A stretch of DNA of 64,000 nt, from contig BCKZ01000005.1 in the NCBI GenBank assembly GCA_001600815.1, positions 974,875 to 1,038,874 of the forward strand, in the 5' to 3' direction. Source of the DNA: Alloascoidea hylecoeti (taxonomy: Eukaryota). Positions 26,867 to 40,670 of this stretch are shown in pieces. Numbering within the stretch: the stretch's first letter is position 1; each line of letters starts with the position of its first letter. The notes beneath the pieces were generated by a model, which worked only from the letters and a program-made list of their open reading frames with translations, ran no database searches and had not been told where the DNA came from. Both the position numbers and the translations under genes were made by a program.

Positions 26867-29800
26867 ATGGTTGATCATAGTCACTATAGAAATAGTTCTT
26901 CATTAAACAGTGACTCAAAAGAGCCAACCATTTATGCTCCTGAAGACATGGCTCGTCATGGCGCTATAATCGTGAGAACTGCAACTAGATCTAGAGAAAC
27001 TATACAAAGTTCTGACAATACTCAAGATGAATTAAAGCTAGACCAAAATATGGCTTCAAGAGATGATATTTATACTGAAGACCATGAAAGACCAGCAAAA
27101 ATTACCTCTAATCCAGACACCATGCACAGACTTGAACAACTAGCAAGATCACTTTCAACACATACAACAAGGGATGCTCCAATTGAAGGCGACCCCGAGG
27201 ATTTTGATCTCAACTTTATTTTGAGATCTTTCATAAAAGATGCTCAAAATTCAGGTATTCATTTAAGATCATCAGGTATTAGATGGAGAAATTTAATCGC
27301 TTGGGGGATCGATGACGCTACAGATGTATCTGATATCTTTCGTTCCATCGTTAATTTACCAGGAAAAATTAAAAGTTTGAGACATAAACCAACAAGACAA
27401 ATTATTAGAGATTTTGATGGTGTCTTACATGAAAGTGAAATGTGTTTGGTTCTTGGTAGACCTGGATCCTTGAAAAAATTGAAGGTGATATTTCATATGA
27501 TAGATTAAATCAAGATAGAATGCTAAAAGAATTTAAGGGTGATGTTATTCATAATCCAGAGTGAAAGTACTTAAAATCTCTCAATAAGGTTACACTTAAA
27601 TATAAGCTTTTTACTAACTATGTCTCTCTTATAGTGGATGCTCATTTTCCTCATTTAACTGTTGGTCAAACACTTGATTTTGCTTTAGCTTGCAGAACTC
27701 CAAATGTTCGTGTTTGATGACATATCAAGGAAAATATTTATTCGAAGTAATAGAAAACTTTTCGCTACTGTTTTCAGTCTAACTCATGTGATACAAAGTT
27801 GGTAATGATTTTGTTAGAGGTGTTTCTGGTGGTGAAAGAAAACGTGTTTCAATTGCTGAAGCATTGGAAGCAAGAGCTTCAATTTATTGTTGGGATAATG
27901 CAACAAGAGCAAAAATATATTTTGAAGAAATGGGGTATATTTGTCTGCCTAGACAAAGTACAGCTGAATATTTAACTGCAGTAACAGATCCAAATGGTCG
28001 ATTCTCAAGGGAAGGAATGGAAGATAGAGTACCGATAGAGTACCAAGAACTGCTGATGATTTTGTTACTTACTGGATGAATTCTAGAGACTATGCTCACT
28101 TAATGAGAGAAATAAACGCGTACGATGAAGGACACAACGGAAATAAAACGTATGAAAAGTTCAAAAATTCAACAGCACAAGAAAAAATGAAAAGTCAAAG
28201 AGCAAATTCAAGATATAACTTAACTTATCCTGTTCAATTAGCTTTATGTTGCAAAAGATTTATGACAAGAACAATAATTGATAGGGCATATATCATAACA
28301 GACTGTAGTGCTTCAGTTATTCAATCATTAGTTGTTGGATCATTATTTTATGATATGCCTAAAACAACAGCTGTTGCTTTTTCAAGAGGTGATGTTTTGC
28401 AATTTTGTTTAATTTACTTTTGTATTTCATCATTGGCAAATATTTCATTTTGCTCAAAGACCAATTGTTTTAAAGCATAAATCTTATCAATTTTACCACC
28501 CATCTGCTGAATTAGCAAGTATTATATGTGATATTCCTTTTAAATTAATTTCACTGGTTTGTTTTTCAATTATCATTTATTTCATGACTAACTTGAAATT
28601 AGGTGCTGGCGTTTTTTTCATTTATTTCTTATTCCTCGCATGCTCATCATTAGTTATGACTGCTTATTTTAAAATGATCTCATCCATATCTAGAACTGTG
28701 TCACAAGAAAATGCTGTTGCTGGATTAGTTGTTTTAGGTGTTACGAACCTTACAGGATATCTTGTTTCACAACCACAAATGCATGGTTGGATTGTATGGA
28801 TTAGTTATCTTAACTCATTTATTTATTTGAAGATTTAGCTTCAAATGAATTCCATGGAACAAAGATGGAATGTGGTGGCTCATTAGTCCCTTCAGGCATA
28901 GGATACCGGTGGATATGAATCAATCTCATCAGATTATCAAGCATGTCCTTATGTTGGTGCTGATGGTACCACAGTTGATGGTGATAATTATATTAAGGAA
29001 CAATTTAATTATAGTTATTCTCATCTTTGGAGAAATTTGGGTATTATAATTGCCTTTTGGGCATTTTTTGTCGCTGTTTCCGTTATTTGTACTGAATACA
29101 TTAGACCTGTTGCTGGAGGAGGTGATGGGCTTATGTTTAAACGGGGTCATTTACCTTCAGAACTTAAAGAGCCAAGTAAATCAAGTGTAGATGAGGAAGC
29201 CATTAAAGGCAGTGGATCTACTCTAATTGAATACAAAGAAAAAGCTGTTGGAGTTGAAGAAATGAAAGAAATATTTGCTTCCTCTGGTTTAACCGGTACT
29301 GATGTCTTTTCTTGGAAAGATCTTGATTATGTTATTATTATTTTTTAGCTGGTACAACAAGAAAATTATTAGATAATATCCAAGGATATGTTAAACCGGG
29401 TACCTTGACAGTTTTAATGGGTGAATCTGGAGCAGGTAAGACAACGTTATTAAATACTTTATCGCAAAGAATTCATTTTGGTACAATTACTGGTGATGTT
29501 CTTGTCAATGGTAAGTCAATCGATGCTTCATTTGAAAGAAGAACTGGTTATGTTCAACAACAAGATATTCATATCGCTGAATTAACTGTTCGTGAATCAT
29601 TACAATTTTCTGCTAGACTTCGTCAACCAGCTTCCACACCCGAATCAGGGAAACTTGATTATGTTGAAAAAATCATTGATTTATTAGGTATGAGAATGTA
29701 TGCTGAAGCTGTTGTTGGTGCTGCAGGTGTTGGTTTAAATGTTGAGCAAAGAAAGAAATTATCAATTGGCGTTGAATTGGTTGCAAAACCATCATTATTA

Positions 29801-31138
29801 TTGTTTTTAGATAAACCGACTTCAGGTTTAGATTTGCATTCTGCTTGGGATATTGTTCAATTCTTAAAACAATTGGCTGCAGCAGGCCAACCGATTTTAT
29901 GCACTATTCATCAACCTTCAGCTACATTGTTTGAACAATTTGATAGATTATTATTGTTAAAGAAAGGAGGTAAAACTGTTTACTTTGGTGATATTGGGGA
30001 AAGTTATCAGACAATGATTGACTATTTTGAATCCCATGGAGCGCCTAAATGTGGTTATGATGAAAATCCTGCCGAATATATATTGAATTGTATTGGTGCT
30101 GGTGCAACGGCTTCAGCGGATTCTGATTGGAGTGAAATATGGAATAATTCAAAGGAATGCAAAGTTGCTAATGAAGAGGTTGAAGAAATTAACTCGAATT
30201 CAAATGTTGTTAGTGATATGGTTGATCCAACTTTAAGTGAGCGATTTGTAGCCAGTTGGACCAAACAATTACGATTGGTTACATGGCGAGCATCAACTCA
30301 AATGTGGAGAGATACCGTTTATTATGTGTGTTATCCAATCTGCTGCGTTATTCAATCAGATTCAAGAAAGAGCCATTGCAGCCAGAGATTTATACGAAGT
30401 GAGAGAAAGCGCAAGTAATACATTCTATTGGTCTAGTATGATTTTTGGACAACTTTCAGCTGAAATACCTTATAATTTTTTTGCTAGCGTTATTTGTTAT
30501 TGTTGTTTCTCTTTCCCTTTAAAAATTGATACAAGTGCAACAATCTCTGGATTTCTCTTTTTAATCTTTGCAATTAATTTTGTTTTATACTTCACAACTT
30601 TTGGATTAATGGTTTTATATATGGCACTAGATTTACCTTCTGCAGCAGTTATATGTGGTATTTACTAAATTTCTGTATATCATCATTCTGTGGTGCTTTT
30701 CAACCAGTTAGTTTGATGCCAAAATTCTAGACATTTATGTGGAAAGTTTCACCTTATACATATTTCATACAATGCTTTGTTGGGACTGTTTAACATGATT
30801 TTGAGTTTGAATGTCCATCCACAGAATTGGCATATTTTAATCCCCCTGATGGACAAACTTGTGGAGAATATGCCTCAACATTTTTTGAAACGAATGATGG
30901 TAAAATTAATAATCCCACAGCAACATCAAATTGTGCATATTGTCAATATACCGTTGGAGATATATATTTATCATCGGTTACCATTAAATTTAGTCAAAGA
31001 TGGAGAGATTTTGGATTACTTTGGGTTTATATTATCTTCAATATAGCTGCAATGCTTAGATTATATTGGATGTTTAGAGTTCCAAAGAAGAATTCATATT
31101 CACCAATCGCTATTGCAAAAAGATTATTTAGAAAATGA
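26867..31138 (+). pseudogene. PDR/SNQ2-type full-size ABC transporter (ABCG) pseudogene
   Basis: Fragments in correct order: [39 protein letters not shown] segments, LMGESGAGKTTLLN, LNVEQRKKLSIGVEL, LLFLDKPTSGLD (Walker B E->K) and C-terminal CAYCQY. Many frameshifts, stops and internal deletions. Confidence 0.93.
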
Positions 31139-31233
31139 GGAAAAGCCTCCTCTTATATAGATAGATAATTAACTATTTAACTATGCATGATTATCTGAGA
31201 ATAGGAAAGAGGTGAATTACTAATGGATAGGGC

Positions 31234-31264
<31 letters not shown>

Positions 31265-31388
31265 TAGGGCTGGAAGCCATATGTAAAACAAAAGACTAAT
31301 TGAGGACGTAACAGATGGCCAAACTAAACGGTATAACGAGGCTACTTCATTATGTGACATAGCTGGCTATAAATAGAAAATTATCAAT

Positions 31389-31591
31389 CACATCTATAAT
31401 CATATTTTTTGTAAAAATACTTCACGAGAGATTAATGAATATTTCTCTCTTAAGGTTTATTCGTAATAACAATATTAAATTAAGTAACAAATAGTAAAGG
31501 GTCGTGTGAATTTTTGCCTAGTTGGAAGATCATATCGAGTTACAATACACAATGTATTGGAGTAATCCTGAGCTCAATTATTCTCTTCAAC
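31389..31591 (+). repeat. Non-coding segment C; diverged direct repeat of 43512-43728
   Basis: Shared cacatctataatc, tacttca.gagag.ttaatgaata, ttaagtaacaaata, atatcgagttacaat, taatcctgagctc and ttctcttcaac. Confidence 0.88.
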
Positions 31592-32022
31592 CTTTTCTGA
31601 TAGATAGTATGCATTTTAATGAATTAATTTGGATGGTTCAGATTTATCAGTAGTTGTTTCTAAGTTAAATAAATATATTAAAATTTGTATATGAAATATA
31701 ATATGAATTGTTAAGACAATAAAAGATAAAATGAAAAAAGGTTATACGATAAAAAAGTGTTAATCTCCCTTTTTTAAGTCGAGAAGAATGTGCACTGTTA
31801 TAGTTTGTATGTAGGTTGAGAGATCTACTCTGGTAGTACTATGATAAGTACACAGAGATAGCCCCAACAAAGCTTGTTTTATTAGAAATGAGGGAATACC
31901 TCTTATTAAAATCACTATGAACAACAGACTCAATAGGAGTTATCTCCGACCAAGTAGAAGAAGACATCCCGTATCATAATCATTATTATTAGTCTGTTAT
32001 AATAAAAAGTTATTATATAATA

Positions 32023-32739
32023 GTACCTTTATTTCCATTCATTTTTTATCCATCTTACCTACTATAGGTCTAATATTCGTACCAAAAATTTTGTTTCAAG
32101 CGCCGATATATTTTGATGCATGCCGAAGTTAACTGGAAATACTAATAAGTTGGAAAAGTATGGGGAAATGAAAACTTTTATGTACACAACTTTTTTTCTC
32201 GGCCGAGCCTTTGATCTCCAGGAATATGCATGCAACTGTAGATAGATTACGCTATGAGGAAATATATATGGATTCAAATGCATGCACGCATCTAGATAAG
32301 GTAGGTTTAATCGGCCTGTGTATGCAAACGTGACCCTATTTGTACGGCGAAACCAGACCTACGTTAATAAATATAGGAAACAAAAAGTTTGACAGAGAAG
32401 GGCACAAATTAATTTGAAGTATTGATGTTAAGAGTTACATTTTCCATTTATCTGTCGTCTTTAATATATAGATGAAGTGATTTTGGTGCTGCGATAACAT
32501 TTTGCGCAAAAGGATGATGGAAATTTTTTGGGTTCTCCTCAAAGTTCAATTACAGTGGGGTTTAGCGCATTCATAGGTGCCGTAACCGGACCCGATACCG
32601 GCACCGGCGCGCACTACATCTAATATAGTATGGCTAGCAATAAATATTCACTTTTAATTTACGATTTATCGATTAATGTCCATGTGTTGTCGGCAATTTC
32701 TAATAGAGATAGCCTTGCGTGTTATGTTATGTGGAGTAC
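32023..32739 (+). repeat. Non-coding segment A' (copy of 24559-25302)
   Basis: See segment A. The spurious ORFs 24754-24972 and 32062-32283 share MHLNPYIF.HSVI..LHAYS because of this duplication. Confidence 0.93.
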
Positions 32740-33117
32740 AACTCGGTACGTACGGCGGAGAATGATAATAGTCAATTAAGTTAGATTGGCTATTCATCTT
32801 ATAGGTCAAGACTCAAGATCCAGGATCTCAAGTCTCGGCAATGTCTTCGTAACATGAAACCCTAATCTTCAAGCTCAGATTCCTCCTCAGATCCCAGATA
32901 TCCAACAGCACGCCGAGAGCGCGGCCGTTTGGCTTAAAGAAGGGAATATGACCGTGTTGATAAATTGGCGTTATACCATTATTGATAGCCTACAAGTAAA
33001 ACATAATGGCTCACAATGATCCAAATCATAAGACTATGCTATGCTATATTATTCATTAAAAGAGGAAATCAATTACATTTCATATGTTATAGGCTTATAT
33101 ATTCTTTTCAGTTATAA

Positions 33118-34125
33118 TCATGAGTAGTTATAGTTTGCACTTGGAATATGAATAATTAATTTTTCAGCAAACTCCAATAAATAGTTATCATTTTGATCTT
33201 TATTTTCAAATTCATTATCAATCTTTAATCCATTATCTGGTTGATTTTTTAATAGCCATGTTATGAAATTTATAAAAGATAATAAATTATCAGAAAGTTT
33301 TAATTTATCATTATTTGGATCAATTAAATTTAATAATTTTATTATTTTTGAATAAATTGATTTTATGTCAATTTTATATCCATTAATCTTTTCATTTAAG
33401 TTCTTTATAGTGTTAGTAGTTGTTGATTTTGTTTTAAATTTCAATTGTGAATATAATAGATTTAAAGTCGATTTATAAATGTTTAATTTAAATGAAAAAT
33501 GATCAAATAATAAAAAGATTATAGAAATATCTTTATATTGTAATTGTAATTCCAATTGTGAATCTGATTTTGATTCATTTAAATATTTATCAATTGAAAA
33601 AGTTTCTGATAAATCAATATACCAATCATTTAAATCTTCTAATAAATTATTAAATTTTTTAATTGATTCTTCATTATAATGTATTTCATTTATTGTTAAT
33701 GATGATAAATTATTGATTAATTTACTTAATGAAATCTTATGTAAAAATATTTCATTACCATTAATTAACTTCAATTCATCTTTTGATAAACTTAAATTTA
33801 AATTACTATTTAATAGTGAATTTAATTGTAAATTTTGAATTTTATTACTGCAATTGGTATTTGAATTTAATGATATATATTTCTCTTCAATAAAACAATT
33901 CCAAAAGATACATTTTTTAATTATCTTTTCTTTATCGTTTAAATCAGTAATAATAGAATTTTCAAAATCTTTATTTATGTTTAAAGATAATAAATTTATA
34001 ACTTTTAATAATATAAATCTCTTTTTTGAATTGTTATCGTTAATATGGTTGTGAAAACATGGGATTAAATTTAAAATTAATAATCCTGCTGCTGCTTGAA
34101 TTATAAACGTGTTCGAGATTGTGAT

Positions 34126-34168
<43 letters not shown>

Positions 34169-35202
34169 TATTTATTGACTGTACAAGTTGTTAATTCTTC
34201 ATTGAATAGTTTTAATGATAAGTCGTGTAATGAATCAATAGACAGATTTAAATTTGAATCTAAAGCTGGGTTTAGAAGTTGTATTAGGATTAATGAATAA
34301 AGATATATAATCGATAATAAAGATAATGGTAATGATGGTTCAAATATTTTACCTTTTGATATATTATTAAATGAATTTATTATAATGGATTCATCTAATA
34401 TGGGTATAGAAGGATTTATCTTTTCAAAATAAAACGATAATAATTCAATTTCTTTAAAATTTGTAGAGTTTATTATTGATTTAATCTCATTATATTGATT
34501 TTGATATTGTTGTATATGAAGTTGAGAACTTATATTAAAGTTATAGTTATTGAAAGATTGAATTTGAATTGAAGATTGCTGAAAGCATATTCTTTTACTA
34601 TCCATTGTTATGGGATCTATAAGATTTTGATCATAAATATGTGTTAAAGATCTTTTATTCTTATTTTCATTAGATGGTAAATTATGAGAAAAAGTGTAAA
34701 TTTTATATTTATCTTTGTTATGATTGTTATTAGAATTGTATACTATTTTTGGACTTTTATTTGATATTGGAATTTCAATCGTTGGTGATAAAGAAAAATC
34801 TTTTCTTGATTTATTAGTATTGTAATCAAATTCATCATCAATGCTGTAATATAAAGAAGGCACTACGTTATCTTCTAAAGAAGGATAATCATCAATATCG
34901 GCCGAGTTGTCTAAACAAACGTCATCGAATTTTAGATTGTCATTATTGTCATATTCCAACAAAGATTCCATTAGTCCTAATATTGGTTTTGTTATCATAT
35001 TGGCATCTAGATCTCTATTATGTTTACTATTATTGTTAATGCATTGTAGGTTCAAACTCTCCAGTGAATGTCTTTTTATATGATCATTTAAATACTTCTC
35101 AAGTTGAGATTCTTCAGGTTTTGGTGTCATTAGCATCGGCGTAACAATATATTCGTCCTTTAAAAAATTATTATGACTGCTACTATTACTCCAGTTGTTC
35201 AT
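33118..35202 (-). CDS. Fungal-specific transcription factor (Fungal_trans/middle homology domain) protein; no Zn2Cys6 cluster visible
   Basis: Long intact ORF from MNNWSNSS with LLSFYFEKINPSIPILDE and EKIIKKCIFWNCFIEEKYIS, typical of the middle homology region. Confidence 0.7.
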
Positions 35203-37382
35203 ATTCCTTGAAATTTGAAATCTGAAATTTGATATATTAAATGAGCCAACGAAAAGCAAAAAACAACGATTTAAAGTAAAACAAACGACAAAATAAGTAA
35301 AAAAGAGCAAAATGCCAAAAATCCAGAAAAAGAAAACTTTTAATGAAAGAAGATATTTATATAAATAAATATCATAAATTAAATAATATTATATCTCATA
35401 ATGGACCCCGCCGACCGCCGACCGAAGAGGAACCTACAGAACTTTAAATTCCAGATCAGAAAAGATATCCTGCACATGCACGTTTCCAACGGCTGCTTGC
35501 ATTTGGCCGTGGAACCCTGCATGCCTTACATGTCATTGGCTGTCTTGGCAATGCAGGAGAGATAAAGAAGTATTTCTCAAAATTATAACGGTAACTCTTA
35601 TTTCGTAAATATTCTTATAAACTTCTGAGATTTACAAGAAATTCAATAATGAATGAAAATTATTCCCTATTTGCTTTAAGCGATCCATAGCTAGCTATCA
35701 CACTTGGAAATATATGATTCTTGATCAATGGAACAACGGATCTGAAATGTGAATGACCACGATTGTAGCCAAGCAGTATTCCATATCTATCTGGTCATGG
35801 TGGAGATTTATGAGGTTTATTGTGGGTTCAGCCAATTGTAGCAGAGTGATTTTTCAGAACACGCTTATCTTAACTACTGCTACGTATTCTTTGATTAGGT
35901 GTGTCTATTATGTGATTTCTCGCAAAAATCTGGAAAAATAAAAACTTTATTTACATCAACGTGCCAACGGTATCGTAAATATTTCATTCTTTTACATAAT
36001 TAAGCTTCAGCCAGACCCATAGTTAAAACTGCAGCAGATAATTATCCCTATAATGAAAAGTTAAAGTTCTTATTCTTATGTGCTCTTAAAGTCATCAATT
36101 ACTAATAGTTTCCTATCACGCTCTATGGCTCAGATCAAACTATAATTTCGACTTAGTACGGAATTGATAACAAATAGTTTAAATGGATCCTTTTATGTAA
36201 AGACTTTAAAGATAAGCATAATTATGAGGACTTTATTTTACGCGTTTTACCGACAGTCTTGATGATGAAATATTTATACTATATGTAGTGATTGAGCATA
36301 TTAAAGGCATGCCGTGAGTTAAGATAAAGCCACTCCATTGAAATTTTAAATTCAAAGATATAACTACCGGCAGTGGTTCTAGTGGATATTAAAAACCTAA
36401 TGACAACTATAGCCTATAACTCTATAGAGCTCATAAGATCTTACTTAATTAATGATTACCTCAAAACATGGGTCGGTAAAATTCACTAGACAATAGAGAT
36501 AATAATAATTATAATATTGTTTGCATATAAAACTGATAATTATTTTCCAAGATAAAAATGATAGCAACCCCATAATCGATAAGTTGATAGCAGCTGCAGT
36601 ATCTAATCGGTTAAACTTGTCCATATACACAAAATATATCGATAAATATTGATAATTGAAGTGTAATCGGCTTTAGATTATTTAAATATATAAGATCTTA
36701 TAGATATATCGGTATGTATAAAGCTCTTGATAATGCATCATTGAAGTGTCGAATATGTATTATTATTATTATTAATACTGTTATACCAAAGCCCCATAAT
36801 GGAATTCTTTTCCAGGGCGGAATTATAGTAATATGTATGATGTTGCAGCTACACACGTGGGACTTGAGTATATCCTCGGTGCTTCCGATTGGCATTTAGA
36901 TGACAAATTGACAATAGATAGTCAATGTCATATGCATAGGGCCTTAAGGATAGTGTCCGCTCTAAATATTAATCCCACATTAGATTAATGCCGAATTTCG
37001 TATAACACCATATAGACTTGAAACTGTAGGGCTAGCGCTGCTATATGAATATAAAGATGTGCATATGATTATGTATGATCATGAAGACTTGCAATTGATA
37101 GCTAGGTTGATATAAGTTTAGGGTCCTCCTATACGCTATACGAGCCCAAATTTTAACACATTTAATATTAGTGAAACCAACGTTAATTATTGATGAAAGT
37201 TGTCATTAAAGATTTACCTAATGCATATAAAATTTATATATTGGAAATGGCTATTAATTATATATCACCGTTGGAAAAATTTAGATCCATGCAAAGTCAC
37301 CTTCATGCGTTGTCGTCCGCATGCATCTGAATATGATAAATCTCACGTTTGAGTCCATCCGTATCGCAGGACGGAACGAGAT

Positions 37383-38820
37383 ATTCGAATTTAGAATTCG
37401 GTTTGCATTTTACGAGTTTTCGGTTCGGATTGTAAAATTTATTATTATTAAAATTTATTAAAATTTATTAAATATTATATAAAATATATAATTAAATAGA
37501 TATATACGTGGCTTNAAAAATCCCCAAATTTAACCGCATTTACCTAAACACACCGAACAAAATGATATCGACATTGTTAACACGAACATATACCCTCCTT
37601 GAATTCATCTGCGACTGAAATTATAAATCTACTGAAATTAAATTAACCAATTACCTAGACAGTTTTATTTGATCGTTAGATGATATCGATATTGATAATC
37701 ATACATAATATAGAACATANCCCTTATTTATTCTTGTTAAATTTCGAGAACTTAAAACATTCCTTGTCCACTGCGACTAATGAAACTTTAAAATCTATTT
37801 GAAATTAAATTAACAGAACCACATGAATTAAACATTAGAAGATGCGAGCTGTATAAGAAATTTAAGAAACTTATTTCTTAACAATATAATAAATTGTGAA
37901 CATTCGTAAGAAACAATTTTTGGATGTTGTGAGTAAGAAGAATNAATAAAATTTTCCAAAAAGAAAATTTAAAGCTTCCAAACACCCTTACACNCGAAAG
38001 TACTAATTAAACTTAAACTTAAATAAGTGTCCAACAACAATAATAATGGACTTGAACATCATCAATTGCAAGCTCGTAAACTTGAGGAAAAGAGAGCTCG
38101 TGGAAGAATAAACAAGGCTCGGGAACGTAAAAGGAAGCAATTAAAACCCACCATTACACTCACATATTCAGTCAATACAATCATCGACCCGTCACCAAGC
38201 ACCAGTGCTAATCAAAGATTCNCATCCACCCCATTGAAGCGCCCCAAAATATNCAGGGCCCGAACCCAATTGAAGTATCAAATATGGGAAATGTAATTGG
38301 GCTCGACACTTCAACGNTTAACTGGCACCAAGCCTTTCCCAATTTTGTTAATGAAGACGAATTGGAGGCAGAAGCTATGGATGCTGATGAGTCCGAAGAC
38401 GAACTGGAACCTGAAGAATTGTATGGTCCGCCTAATATAGAAACTTATAACCAAAAGTAGTAATAAGCACTTTCGTTATAATTTGTCACCAACACTCACT
38501 GTGCCGGAAGCAGCAGTAATAGAACCAATATATACTCTTAGAGTTCTTTGATTTTTATCGATTTAANAACTTAGCCATAATTCGTAGTTTATATTTTTGC
38601 TCATGTAAAATAGTACTAGTCTACAAAATCAATTACGGAAAACTAATTGCTGNCCAATTCCGGAATAGCTGATATTTTCTTAAGAAAGTCGCCATTTTCA
38701 AAGTATACTGAAACCGAACGTTCGAACCATTATATAATATTAATAAAGTGTAAAGTTAGCCGGAAAGAAACTGATTAATTATACGGATACATTAAATAAA
38801 AAAACGGTAAAAAANCCGAA
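37383..38820. mobile_element. Probable multicopy repeat or transposon remnant with ambiguous bases
   Basis: All ten isolated N bases in the window lie between 37515 and 38815. TTCGGTT motifs sit at the left end and AACCGAA motifs at the right, around a broken basic/acidic ORF (38027-38460). Confidence 0.4.
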
Positions 38821-40670
38821 TATAAATGTTTTCTACTACAGTACTGCTACTGCAGCTGGATTGTATACGTTACTTAGTCCAAAATGCCGAATGCCGCAAA
38901 GAGTAGGGGGAAATTCCCCGGATAGCACTCCATTTACGTACTCTCGCACTAATTTACCTTACCACTGCATCTGAAAGTGATTTATTGGCTCCATTTGGAA
39001 AGCTCTTGCAGATAATCACAGTTTCATTAAAATATCCTTGCATTTTAATCAAAACATCCTTGTTAAATTGAGAATTTTGCATATTTCACTGTTTCTGAGT
39101 AAATTGGTGTTCTTAACTATGGTAAACTTTTCAGATTTTTCCAACGGTGTATGCTATAGCTACGAATACTATTACAACCGAATAACTTCATTATTTTTGT
39201 TCTCATTGTAGCCGCTATGTATATTATATATATATAGCATTAAGTTGTTATTGTTCTCTTTAAATTTGAATAAATCAGCGGTTCACCTTAACTTAGGCAT
39301 TGAATTGAATGAAGAACTTTAAATATTTAGATATTATCGAGACAATATTCACTATTATTCAGTAGAAGGATTAGAAAGTATCGGCGCATAAGCATTGTAT
39401 TAAGCAGGAATATCCCGGCAAGAGTATCCACAAAATTTTCGGTATTAAATTGAACCAATAATTGGCAGAAAATAATTATAACTCTTCTGTAGATTTGATT
39501 ATCCAGAGTGGCATTTTCGGTGCATGTGAGAGGCTAAGTATTAGCGACATAAAGTAATCGGATATGCATCTGACTATATGGGACTAGAGAAGTCGACACC
39601 AGCTTATAACTAGTTATAGGAACGTCGTATGGTTTAATAAAATATGAACGCACGGAATTCGAATGATACAATGAAAAATAAGAATGCAATCTCGAGCTCT
39701 ATCAACAAAGTCTGGGGGGTCGAAACGACAATAGTCAATAGCTTAACCAAAAATGAAGAGCTTTGCCGAATATATACTATCACGAGTCACGACTCGTGTT
39801 CGTTCTTAGCTGCGATGGTAACTTGCAATTGTTGTAGATTAAACATTTCGGTTGTAGAAGATGTATTGAATTCTAACAATCTGGGTAACATTAATGGTAA
39901 ATATCCACCTCTAGCTTTAATAGAAAAATACATTTTCTTTCATTTAAATATTAATATTCTCAAATTCTCTATTCAAAAATGTACGAAACTACTTAAGAAA
40001 ACAAGATTTCCGATAAAGCTATCGGTATGAGCTACATATTCTGGAAGTTTGTATGTTTCCACAACAGTCCCCTATACGTCAGGAAGAACGTGACGTGAAA
40101 GGTTATTCAAAAGATAAAAGGGAACAACAACTATCAAAAAGAAAACACAGACTCTCACAATAATGTCTCGGTAATCGAAAATTCAATAATCGATAACTCA
40201 ACCAAAAATGATGAGCTGTCTGAAACTCGTCTACCGTCACGACTTGTCACTTTTTCTGTTCAATCAATAACTTGTTAAGATTAAAGAATCCACTCTTGAA
40301 GACCAAAAACTTTATTATCTGATTTCTTTCTTAAAAATGTGCTAAACTCCTAAATATAAGATCTTTCGATCCAATTTATATAATCTATGTAATTCGTAAG
40401 TTTAGGAGATTTCTCCCGGGTTTGCGTTTCATGTTCCGTCATCTGACGATGTTGCTAGAGATCTAAACTTTACGGTGACGCAGAGATGCGGTAAATTAAG
40501 GTTAAGGTTTTAAGTTTACAGAGCAAATATTGTAAGTCTAGACGACACAGTTGGTAAGCTATAAATAATAGGAGGATTCCTTACCGCTGATTTAACTAGG
40601 CAATACTACTATAGCTATAACTTGTATTTCTCTACCATGTACCCCACATTAACATGTTATAATTATATAA

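Noticed and set aside
26867..31138. ABC fragments as exons of a functional gene or as programmed frameshifts
   Set aside because: In-frame stops, deletion of conserved segments and a Walker B E->K change indicate real decay; most breaks lack splice signals.
24559..32739. A and A' as LTRs of a retrotransposon carrying the ABC gene
   Set aside because: No TG...CA ends, primer-binding site, polypurine tract or gag/pol remnants; the B and C duplicates further right fit a segmental duplication better.
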